From the sequence record SRR31156797_878: a stretch of DNA of 64,000 nt; one strand, written 5' to 3'. Within the stretch, counting starts at the first letter, position 1. Each line of letters begins with the position of its first letter. This document shows positions 19,961 to 28,689 of the stretch, in pieces. The notes under the pieces were generated by a model that saw only the letters and a program-made list of their open reading frames with translations, had not been told where the DNA came from and did not search any database. A program made the position numbers and the translations under genes.

Positions 19961-20539
19961 ATGGAATATATCATTATTATTATCGGATCAGTTTTGGTGA
20001 GCAACATTGTACTTGCCAACTTCCTGGGGATTTGTCCATTCCTGGGTGTTTCCAGTAAGATTTCTACTGCTGCAGGGATGAGTGGCGCAGTACTCTTTGT
20101 AATGACAGTTGCAGCCATTGTTACGTGGCTCATTCAAAATTACATACTTACTCCATTCAACCTGGGCTTTCTACAAACCATATCTTTTATCCTGGTTATT
20201 GCATCCCTTGTTCAGGTTGTTGAAATCATCCTCAAAAAGGTAAGCCCACCGCTATACCAGGCACTGGGTGTATTTCTACCGCTGATCACCACCAACTGCG
20301 CCATTATGGGTGTTGCACTTTTGGTTGGTCAGCGTGAATATAATCTGCTTGAAGGAACAGTTTACGCCATCGGAAACTCCATCGGGTTTGCGCTTGCATT
20401 GGTATTGTTTGCCGGATTGCGGGAGCATCTCGAATTGATGGACGTACCCAAAGGAATGCGCGGTATGCCTATTGCGCTTGTTGTAGCGGGTATTCTTTCC
20501 CTTGCATTCTTTGGATTTGCTAACCTGGTTCAGTTTTAA
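19961..20539 (+). CDS. rnfA: Rnf complex subunit A
   Basis: FLGICPFLGVS and LPLITTNCA; start at ATG 19961. Confidence 0.95.
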   Translation: MEYIIIIIGSVLVSNIVLANFLGICPFLGVSSKISTAAGMSGAVLFVMTVAAIVTWLIQNYILTPFNLGFLQTISFILVIASLVQVVEIILKKVSPPLYQALGVFLPLITTNCAIMGVALLVGQREYNLLEGTVYAIGNSIGFALALVLFAGLREHLELMDVPKGMRGMPIALVVAGILSLAFFGFANLVQF

Positions 20540-20573
20540 GCTGAATGTTTTTACGGAAAAAATGATTTTCAAT

Positions 20574-20603
20574 GCCCTCAGCTATTTTGGGGGCTTTTTT
20601 TTT
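20574..20603 (+). terminator. Intrinsic terminator after rnfA
   Basis: GCCCTCAG-ctatt-TTGGGGGC followed by T9. Confidence 0.75.
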
Positions 20604-20690
20604 GATGTTCATCTCATGTCCCATTGCACTGGGATGAATGGAGTAAAACATTTATCTTTGATTTTTTATAAGCGACCACATCAATAAATC

Positions 20691-21347
20691 ATGCACGATC
20701 TTATACTTTTCAGTACAACAGTATTTATGGGCCTTTTCGCCATTATGAATCCGTTTGCCAACACACCAATTTTTATAGGGCTCACACAAAGCAACACACC
20801 CCGGCAAAGAAAATCTATTGCCTTTAAATCATTACTTTATGCCTTTATCATCGTTGGGTTGTTTTGCGTAACCGGGAAATTTATCTTCAACCTGTTTGGG
20901 ATTACTCTGCCCGCATTCAAAATTACAGGGGCAATACTACTTTTTCTGGTTGGGTATAAATTGATTCAGGGCAAAGAATCAGAAGTTCATCATCCCGATG
21001 ATGAGGCAAAAGAAGCCATCCGCAAACAACACGAAGACAATTCTATCAACATTGCGATTTCACCTTTGGCAATCCCAATCCTGGCAGGGCCGGGAACCAT
21101 TGCCACCGCCATGAATTTTGTTGGGGAAAGTCCTACCATGACCCATATAATCATTGTTTTAATCTCCTTCCTTTTACTTTGCCTAATCACCTACCTCATG
21201 TTTGTTTACGGTGAAAAACTTGTTCATTTCCTCGGCAAGGGTGTGATAAATGTAATTTCAAGAATTATGGGATTGATTCTGGCTGTAATTGCTACGCAGA
21301 TGCTGATTGGAGGGATTCATGGGGCTATTCAAATCTACCTGCATTAA
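20691..21347 (+). CDS. MarC family membrane protein
   Basis: AIMNP..N.P.F and PLAIPILAGPG motifs; TATCTTTG at 20653-20660. Confidence 0.9.
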   Translation: MHDLILFSTTVFMGLFAIMNPFANTPIFIGLTQSNTPRQRKSIAFKSLLYAFIIVGLFCVTGKFIFNLFGITLPAFKITGAILLFLVGYKLIQGKESEVHHPDDEAKEAIRKQHEDNSINIAISPLAIPILAGPGTIATAMNFVGESPTMTHIIIVLISFLLLCLITYLMFVYGEKLVHFLGKGVINVISRIMGLILAVIATQMLIGGIHGAIQIYLH

Positions 21348-23800
21348 GGCTTTACTGGTTTCTCGTTAGGATTATCTGAAAGCTCTTTTAGATTATTTTC
21401 GTAATAAATTCGACGCATGGGAACGGGCACATGCAGGTTCTCTGATTTGAGCCTGTCGTAAATTTTAAGGGCAACATCGCTCTTGGTTCCCAAACCAACG
21501 TTAAAATGCACCCAGAAATACAGTGTAAAATCAAGGGAGGAATCGCCATATCCTTCAAAAAGGGGAAGCGGCTCAGGGTTTTTAAGTGTATTTGGGTGTT
21601 CAGCAGCGGCCTCTTTCAACATTTTCAGGATAACCACCGGATCGGCCTGCAATGTGGTTCTAACCGGTATTTTAAGTCTCCTGGTTTGATCAGAGAGCGT
21701 CCAGTTGATGACCTGGTTTGAAATGAGGTTACCATTCGGCACAATTACCTCTGATCCGTCAAAGGTTTTTATCTTGCTCGACCGGACACCAATTTCGGTA
21801 ACGTTTCCAATCAACTGTTCAACCTCTACAGTATCTCCAACGTGTATCGGCCTTTCGTATGACAGCACTAGTCCGGCAATGAAGTTATAAACAATGTTCT
21901 GTAAGCCAAAACCAATACCAACACCAAGGGCACCTGCCAAAAGCCCAAATTTCCCAAGATCAACACCAGCAGCAGAAAGTGCAAGGTAAAAACCAAAACC
22001 AATGATGATGTATCTCAGGGTCATTGAGATGGCTTCCGGAATTCCCCTGGGGATTTTTGTGCGTTTTAACCATTCATCCTTAAAAACAATACCGACAGCC
22101 CTGGTGATTAAAATGGTGATTAGAATTACGATAATGAAGGAAATGATACCTCCAAGCGAAATTTCAACCGCCCCGAGTGTCCAGGTTTCATCCATCACCT
22201 TTCCAACCCAGTTAATAAATAGCTCATATACCGAAAAAGAAACCAGGGTTACATAAACCCAAAAAAACAATCCGAGCATTTCGATAAAAGGCCTCAGTCG
22301 TTTGTTTAAAAGTGAATGGTATCTGGATATTAGCTGAAATGGATGATATCCTTTTTCCAGCGTTAATACGCTGATAAGGCTGGTTAAGGTAATCGTTAAA
22401 ATATACGTGATCACACCAAAAATTGATGAGATTATAACTGCATCAAACAAATCGGATGAAAACCTGACATGTCCTGTAATATTGGTTAGGATACTTACAG
22501 CCAGCAGGATGATATAGAGATTGTTGACGAAGTTAATGGATTTCAGCCAAAAGCCCTTTTCTTTAAGTTTTAGCTGTGATTTATGTTTTCTGAACCTGAT
22601 TAAAACATAGAATAATATAACCGTTAAAAGCATCAGAATTAAACGGTTTACACCTGCATAAACAAAAACATAAGCATGCAGGTTATTAATTATATAAAGT
22701 ATCAGAACTATGTAATAATCACGCTTTATGCTGCCACCGGCTAACTTGGGAACCAGTATGGTTACCGGAACCAGGATTAAAATGACTAAAAACTCTGTTA
22801 AGGTTATCGGGCGGTTACTGTAAAAAAATATGCTGATCACAATTCCCAGAATAAATGCTGTACTTACCGGGTTTAAGGCAACCAAAGCCGATTTTACTTC
22901 AGGGATGTGATGCGTATTTATTGCTGTAAGGTTAGATTTTCGTTTTAGATAAATAAAAAGAATTGACAGCATCACTAACAGTAGCAGCTGATAGTACAAT
23001 GTTGTGATGTTTGAAGTCAGGTAAACATCAATGATCCTGTAATTATTTCTGATGGACGGAACAATTTTGCTTTTGAGCGATTCAAAAGAATATGAGCCGT
23101 CGAAAGCCCGCCATAAAACGGGGCTATCCTTTTGCAGAAGCTTTTTTTGAATTTGTTTCTGGCCCTCCTCTATATCAGTGATTATCTGGTCAATTTCGAG
23201 GATTTCGGCAGAAATATCCTTATAGATAACAACCACAGCATCCTGACGTTCACGGATTTGATCTTTATAACTGGTAATCGTCTTTATGGTTTGCCTGGTG
23301 GTGCCTATGAGTTCCTCAGAAACATTGTTTTCAATGGCATTCTCTTTTGTTAAGATCCACTTTTGTTCAGCCTCGTTCAACTGGTCGAAAGCCGATTGGA
23401 GCTCTTTAATCCGCTCGTTTACAATTTTTCTTTGTGCATTCAATTGGGATAGGTAATGCAGCCACTCCCGTTTGGATATTTCATAATTCCGGCGCGACAT
23501 ACCAATTTCCTCCATCCTGTAAAAATCATCACGGGTATTTGACAGATATGCTTTACTCAGATTAAAAACAGAATCTACCGCCATTATATCGTCATCAACC
23601 TTCAGAATGTTGTCAAGACGTTCCCTGCTGGTATTGAATGTGTTAATTCCCTCAGGTATCTCGGAAACGGGAATTGGCATAAGCAGAGGTACTAATGTAT
23701 CTGATCTTGGATTAGAATCCTGAGCCGGCCCTGTGACCGCTAAAAGTAAAAAACTGCAAAGAATAAAATATATGAAATACTTTGAAGGGTGTGTTGGCAT
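21344..23800 (-). CDS. Large MscS-family mechanosensitive channel with periplasmic coiled coil
   Basis: GALGVGIGFGLQNIV.NFIAG, ERPIHVGD and IVPN; start uncertain (23800 or 23833); -7 element at 23831-23838. Confidence 0.88.
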   Translation of the reverse strand: MPTHPSKYFIYFILCSFLLLAVTGPAQDSNPRSDTLVPLLMPIPVSEIPEGINTFNTSRERLDNILKVDDDIMAVDSVFNLSKAYLSNTRDDFYRMEEIGMSRRNYEISKREWLHYLSQLNAQRKIVNERIKELQSAFDQLNEAEQKWILTKENAIENNVSEELIGTTRQTIKTITSYKDQIRERQDAVVVIYKDISAEILEIDQIITDIEEGQKQIQKKLLQKDSPVLWRAFDGSYSFESLKSKIVPSIRNNYRIIDVYLTSNITTLYYQLLLLVMLSILFIYLKRKSNLTAINTHHIPEVKSALVALNPVSTAFILGIVISIFFYSNRPITLTEFLVILILVPVTILVPKLAGGSIKRDYYIVLILYIINNLHAYVFVYAGVNRLILMLLTVILFYVLIRFRKHKSQLKLKEKGFWLKSINFVNNLYIILLAVSILTNITGHVRFSSDLFDAVIISSIFGVITYILTITLTSLISVLTLEKGYHPFQLISRYHSLLNKRLRPFIEMLGLFFWVYVTLVSFSVYELFINWVGKVMDETWTLGAVEISLGGIISFIIVILITILITRAVGIVFKDEWLKRTKIPRGIPEAISMTLRYIIIGFGFYLALSAAGVDLGKFGLLAGALGVGIGFGLQNIVYNFIAGLVLSYERPIHVGDTVEVEQLIGNVTEIGVRSSKIKTFDGSEVIVPNGNLISNQVINWTLSDQTRRLKIPVRTTLQADPVVILKMLKEAAAEHPNTLKNPEPLPLFEGYGDSSLDFTLYFWVHFNVGLGTKSDVALKIYDRLKSENLHVPVPMRRIYYENNLKELSDNPNEKPVKP

Positions 23801-23886
23801 ACCATTAAATTTATATCGATCAACCAGGTTCAAAGATACAAATCTATGAGAACTTTACAGCATATGTTTCAGGATTAGATGAAGTT

Positions 23887-25560
23887 TTAAAGGCCATAAA
23901 TCTCCCACCTTTCGACCTTTAGCCGCAGGGTATCTGTATACCCAAAATTATAATAGCGATTTGAGATAACGTTTCCATAGCTGTCCAGCTCCTCATATTC
24001 CCAGCTCCCTAAGGTGAACTTGAATTCGATGTGATCGTCATCTGCCGGAAGCGAGATGTAATAGTTGCCTTCCAGATTTTTGTTCAGGATATAATTTGGG
24101 TTTCCGCCGTCCCAGTTATTGAAGGAGCCAGCAATATAAATATGCCTGTCGGATGGTGTGTTTCTTGGAACATCTTCAAGGAAAATTACAACTTCATCCT
24201 GGTGGAATTCAGGTTTATCAAGCCAGTTTGCAATGCTGATTTTAATGGTATCCTCACCATTATACTTGAAATATCGATTGGGAATTATAGCTCCCTTTTC
24301 ATCAACTTCCTGGTTATCCCAGTCGCCGCGTGTAATTTTATAATCAATGCTTCGCATAGCTTCATTCAGGGTGAGGTAATATTTGCCCTGGTTATTAATT
24401 TTAAAACGGTGTTTGCGCTTACCGGCATGCCAACCATTTAATGACCCTGCCATATACAAATCCGCATTTGCAGGAGTTGTTGCAGGAAGCTCCTCGATGA
24501 GAAAAGTGTAAGTAGGTTGTTTTTTTTCTGATTGGTCAAGCCAGCCGTGGATTGTCAGTAGGAGAGTGTCGGCACTTCCGAACTCAAATTTTCTGTTGCC
24601 CATTTTATATCCAAGTAAATCAACCTCTTCTTTTGACCAGTCACCTCTCGTAATTTTGAACTCTACGACATCAGCTTTTCGGGGGAGCGTATACTGGTAC
24701 TTTCCGTTTTTGTTTAATTCAAAACGGTATTTTGGATCTTTTGGGTACCAGCCATTAAAGCTTCCGGTAAGATAAATGTCATCGTTGTACGGGGTTTCTT
24801 TTGGTATAGCATCAAGGATAATGGTAACGCTGTTTTGGGGTACATCAACAATATCTTCCCAGTTTTCAACATCAATGAACAAGGTATCCGTCAGGCCGAA
24901 CATAATTTGCCTTTTGTCGATTTCGTAACCATATTTATCGGCTTCGGCAGTGAGCAGGTTTCCGCGGGTTACCTTAAATTCAAGCAGTCGCTCAAGGCCA
25001 ACGCGTGGCAGTTTTATCATATATTTTCCACTGCTGGTATCACGCTTGAGATATGATGAACTATCAGGTGACCATTCGTTAAAATTTCCGGCCAGTGCAA
25101 TCGGATCTTCTTCCGGTGTGTTTTCCGGAACATTCTCAACCACAATCGTTAGCTCCGGGCAGTTGATGGGTTCCATATCTTTCCAGCTCAACACATCCAC
25201 TGCAAAAGTATCCTGGGATGCATACCCAAACATCCGGTTATTAATTTCATAACCACAGATATCTGTTTCAACACTCGACCATTCGCCACGCGTAATTTTA
25301 AATTCCAGTTTGCCAAATCCGCGGGGTACAGTGAAAAAATAGTTACTGTCTTCGTCCATATCAAATCGAAAGCGTTCATCACCGGGATCCCAGCGATTGA
25401 AATTTCCGGCAATAAAGATACCGGAGCCGGGAGGTGTATTTTCCGGCAGGTTTTCAATTTTTATCACAGGCCTGGAGCAGGCTGCAGCAAAAAGCACCAG
25501 GAATAAAATCCATACAGTTTTTTTTAAATATTTTGTTCTATTTTTTACGCTGAAATCCAT
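23887..25560 (-). CDS. Lipoprotein with five tandem CBM20/CBM48-like domains
   Basis: Lipobox FAAAC; five ~105-aa repeats of P.NTP....I..AG.FN.W...EFK.TRG.W...E.D..G..I.NR. Confidence 0.75.
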   Translation of the reverse strand: MDFSVKNRTKYLKKTVWILFLVLFAAACSRPVIKIENLPENTPPGSGIFIAGNFNRWDPGDERFRFDMDEDSNYFFTVPRGFGKLEFKITRGEWSSVETDICGYEINNRMFGYASQDTFAVDVLSWKDMEPINCPELTIVVENVPENTPEEDPIALAGNFNEWSPDSSSYLKRDTSSGKYMIKLPRVGLERLLEFKVTRGNLLTAEADKYGYEIDKRQIMFGLTDTLFIDVENWEDIVDVPQNSVTIILDAIPKETPYNDDIYLTGSFNGWYPKDPKYRFELNKNGKYQYTLPRKADVVEFKITRGDWSKEEVDLLGYKMGNRKFEFGSADTLLLTIHGWLDQSEKKQPTYTFLIEELPATTPANADLYMAGSLNGWHAGKRKHRFKINNQGKYYLTLNEAMRSIDYKITRGDWDNQEVDEKGAIIPNRYFKYNGEDTIKISIANWLDKPEFHQDEVVIFLEDVPRNTPSDRHIYIAGSFNNWDGGNPNYILNKNLEGNYYISLPADDDHIEFKFTLGSWEYEELDSYGNVISNRYYNFGYTDTLRLKVERWEIYGL

Positions 25561-25692
25561 TAAATTTTAAATTCATTTACTTAAAATTCAAAATTGATCA
25601 ACAAGTCGTTGTTTTTTATTGTGTTGTAAAGCCGCAAGGCATATCGCCTCTAGCAAATTCATCTGTTAATACTCCCCAAAAAAAACCTAAAC

Positions 25693-25741
25693 CAATAACT
25701 AATAACCAAAAACCAATTACTAATAACCAATAACCAATAAC
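25693..25741. repeat. Heptamer tandem repeat (YAATAAC)7, i.e. GTTATTR on the minus strand
   Basis: caataac taataac caaaaac caattac taataac caataac caataac. Confidence 0.85.
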
Positions 25742-25750
25742 TTCTTCCTC

Positions 25751-26527
25751 CTACCTGTCCATCCATTTCATAAACTCCGAAACCTTGGCGCGGCTGATCA
25801 AAACTTCCTTTTCTGTTTCAGGTTTGAGTTCAATTTTCAGGCGGCTGTTTAAATATTTGTAAACCTTGTCGATGGCATTGATATGGGCTACCACAGACCT
25901 GTTGAGCCTGTAAAAACTCTTTGGTTCAACAAGCGAATCGATTTCCTCGATGGAGTAATCGATGATATAGCGGTCGGTCGCTTTTGTAACCAGAAAAACC
26001 ACGTTATCTTCAGCATAAAAGTAGGCTACATCTTCAACCGGAATGTACTTGATCTGATCGCCAATCTTGGCTACAAACCTCGATTTATATTCCTTCTGGC
26101 CCAGGTTAATCAAGCCCTCAAGCTGCGATTTGGTAATATTTACACTATCTGATTCCTCAGCACCAAACTGATCCTTCAGGCTTTCGTATTTGTTGATTGC
26201 CCGCATGAGGTCTGAAAGTTTTATGGGCTTCAGCAAATAATCGATGCTGTTGAGTTGAAATGCCCTGATGGCATATTCATCGTAGGCTGTGGTAAAGATT
26301 ACCGGTGATTTGATTTCGACCTGTCTGAAGATGTCAAAACTAATGCCGTCGGCCAACTGAATGTCGAGAAAGATCAGGTCCGGGGCGGGATTTTCCTGCA
26401 ACCACGCAATCGAATCTTCCACGGTATCGATCATATCAAGTATCTCAAACTTTCCTTCAGCTACATCCAGTAATCGCTTCAATTCTTTTTGTGCAAAAGG
26501 CTCATCTTCTATTATCAGTATTTTCAT
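25751..26527 (-). CDS. LytTR-family response regulator
   Basis: MKILIIEDE, LIFLDIQL, FTTAYDEYA, DYLLKP and C-terminal FYRLNRS. Confidence 0.93.
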   Translation of the reverse strand: MKILIIEDEPFAQKELKRLLDVAEGKFEILDMIDTVEDSIAWLQENPAPDLIFLDIQLADGISFDIFRQVEIKSPVIFTTAYDEYAIRAFQLNSIDYLLKPIKLSDLMRAINKYESLKDQFGAEESDSVNITKSQLEGLINLGQKEYKSRFVAKIGDQIKYIPVEDVAYFYAEDNVVFLVTKATDRYIIDYSIEEIDSLVEPKSFYRLNRSVVAHINAIDKVYKYLNSRLKIELKPETEKEVLISRAKVSEFMKWMDR

Positions 26528-26628
26528 CGCTTTTCTAGTTAAGTTCTGCGTGTACAAAGCATTCAACAGCAGGAGTCCCGGCTAACAAAGTTTTCAGTTG
26601 CTAAGTTACTAAGTTATTCAAGTGTTTA

Positions 26629-26664
26629 CAACTACCAATAACCTAATAGCCAATAACCATTAAC
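26629..26664. repeat. Degenerate heptamer tandem (CAATAAC-like) x5
   Basis: caactac caataac c taatagc caataac cattaac. Confidence 0.7.
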
Positions 26665-26672
26665 TCCTACCC

Positions 26673-27737
26673 CTACCAATTTCTCAACCTGTTTTCATCT
26701 GCATCCAGCAACGGAACAGTAACAATAAACGCTGTATCCGTTTCTTCGACGCCCATATCCCGGTCTGTTAAAATTTCCAGGCGATTCCTGATATTATCCA
26801 GCCCGATACCCGATGAATACGACTCCCGGGTTTTGAGTTGCAGGTTGTTTTTTACCACAAGGGTGTAGTTGCTTTGTGTATAAATCTCTATTAATAATGG
26901 TTTTCGCTGCGAAATTACATTGTGTTTCACTGCGTTTTCAATTAATATCTGCAAAGTTAAAGGCGGAAGTACCTTGTCTCTGAACCAATCACTGATATTT
27001 AACTCAAACTTAATTTTCTCATCAAATCTAAGGCTGAGCATAAATATGTAGGATTGGGTGAATATTAATTCCTCGTTGAGTGAAACGATGTCGGACTTGC
27101 GCTTTTCAAGTATATAGCGATAAACCGTTGACATTTCGCGTACATAATCTGAAGCAGTGTCCTGGTTTTGATGGATCAGCGAAGAAAGCGTGTTGAGGCT
27201 GTTAAAAAGAAAATGTGGGTTGATTTGCATGCGCAACATCTCGAATTGCGTTTCGAGGTTTTCCTTTTTGTAGCGCTCGATTTCAGCTTGTGAAATACGC
27301 CACTTATTTAGCAGATGAACGCCAATATCCACAAAAACCAATAACAGAGAAATAAACAAAAAGAATATCCCGATCACCAGTTCATCCATCAACCTGATAA
27401 ATCCTCCCGGAAATATTAACAGGTTGAAAAGTGAGCGGATACCCATAACCATCAACATGACAAAGAACGTAATGGAGACGATCTGCAGGTAAAACCTGCC
27501 ACCCGGCGATCGCTCCCATGAAAATTTTCTGTTCATCCATTCGGCCATTTTTACCAGGCCATACATGATTACAAACGAGATGGCCACAGAAAAAAGGTAA
27601 TTGTAAATATTACTGAACAGCGGGTGGTTCCTGTAAATGAGACTAAAAATTACATCAAGCGAAAACTGAAAAAATACACCAATGAAAATCACCAGGAGTA
27701 TCCAAAGTAAGCGCCGTTTGTACAAATATTCGAACAT
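26673..27737 (-). CDS. LytS/YehU-family sensor histidine kinase
   Basis: Four TM helices; QINPHFLFNSLN; LQILIENAVKHN; GIGLDNI. Confidence 0.92.
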   Translation of the reverse strand: MFEYLYKRRLLWILLVIFIGVFFQFSLDVIFSLIYRNHPLFSNIYNYLFSVAISFVIMYGLVKMAEWMNRKFSWERSPGGRFYLQIVSITFFVMLMVMGIRSLFNLLIFPGGFIRLMDELVIGIFFLFISLLLVFVDIGVHLLNKWRISQAEIERYKKENLETQFEMLRMQINPHFLFNSLNTLSSLIHQNQDTASDYVREMSTVYRYILEKRKSDIVSLNEELIFTQSYIFMLSLRFDEKIKFELNISDWFRDKVLPPLTLQILIENAVKHNVISQRKPLLIEIYTQSNYTLVVKNNLQLKTRESYSSGIGLDNIRNRLEILTDRDMGVEETDTAFIVTVPLLDADENRLRNW

Positions 27738-27788
27738 ATCCTCTTTTTACAGAAAACTTTAAGCAAAATTTGAAAGAACAAATGTGTT

Positions 27789-27826
27789 AAAAAAATGGCC
27801 TTCAACCGAATCGAAGGCCACTTTTA
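27789..27826 (-). terminator. Intrinsic terminator (possibly bidirectional)
   Basis: A7-TGGCCTTC...GAAGGCCA-C-T5. Confidence 0.7.
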
Positions 27827-27839
27827 TTATGAAATGATG

Positions 27840-28451
27840 TTATTTTTCTACATTGCGATATGCAATTAACTCATTATCGCTATAAACTTTGAAGTTGTAA
27901 CTACCTTCAGGAAATTGTGAAATATCGCAAATAAGTTTTGAATTTTCAACATCTTTAATGGTTCGCCGGTAGAGCATATTTCCAAACTCGTCCGAAATAC
28001 GAATCTTTGCTTTTCCATCTGTTTCATTGGCTAACCACACAGTAACCTGGTTTTGATCCAGCTTGGAAATGGAGGCTGAAGCTCCTGTAGGGACATTGCG
28101 ATGTTCAGCTGAGTACTTGTCAAGTTTTACAATCCGTGTCGAGTAAACGATCTCATCGCCTTCAACAACTTCATAGGTGTAAACACCATCAGGAAGTTCG
28201 GAAAGCCTGTGTTTGAAAATCCGTGTACCCGAATTTTCCAGGCTCTTGTAGGTTACCATTTCACCAGAATTTTCAAAAACCTTAATTTCAATCGTTTCCG
28301 GTGAATCACCAATAAGAGTGATGGTTACATTGGAGTCTTCGGTTAACTTAACGGATGCTTTAAATGCTTCGTTCCCGCCTGCAAATGCCGTAAATGAGGT
28401 AAATAAGGCAAACAGGAGTGGGGTAACTGTTTTAAGAATCGTTGTTTTCAT
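27840..28451 (-). CDS. Secreted protein with two tandem Ig-like (T9SS-CTD/DUF3244-like) domains
   Basis: Signal peptide ending AFA; duplicated I....G.......L/IS..P.G.Y...V motif. Confidence 0.7.
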   Translation of the reverse strand: MKTTILKTVTPLLFALFTSFTAFAGGNEAFKASVKLTEDSNVTITLIGDSPETIEIKVFENSGEMVTYKSLENSGTRIFKHRLSELPDGVYTYEVVEGDEIVYSTRIVKLDKYSAEHRNVPTGASASISKLDQNQVTVWLANETDGKAKIRISDEFGNMLYRRTIKDVENSKLICDISQFPEGSYNFKVYSDNELIAYRNVEK

Positions 28452-28689
28452 AATTGATAATTTTTTAGTTAGTATTTTGATTGAATTATCGCTGCAAATG
28501 TTGGGTGGCTTTTCGTTACAATCAAACAAAAAGCTGCGAACTGTAACTTTTAAGGGGTGAATTGACATTTATAAAAAGTGAAATTGTTGAAAAGTTCAGT
28601 TAAAAATTCATTTCTCTGCCTGACAGATGGACTAATTTTACGATCCTTTTTTGCCCAATTATCAGGAAAATCATCAGACCGGACTATTT

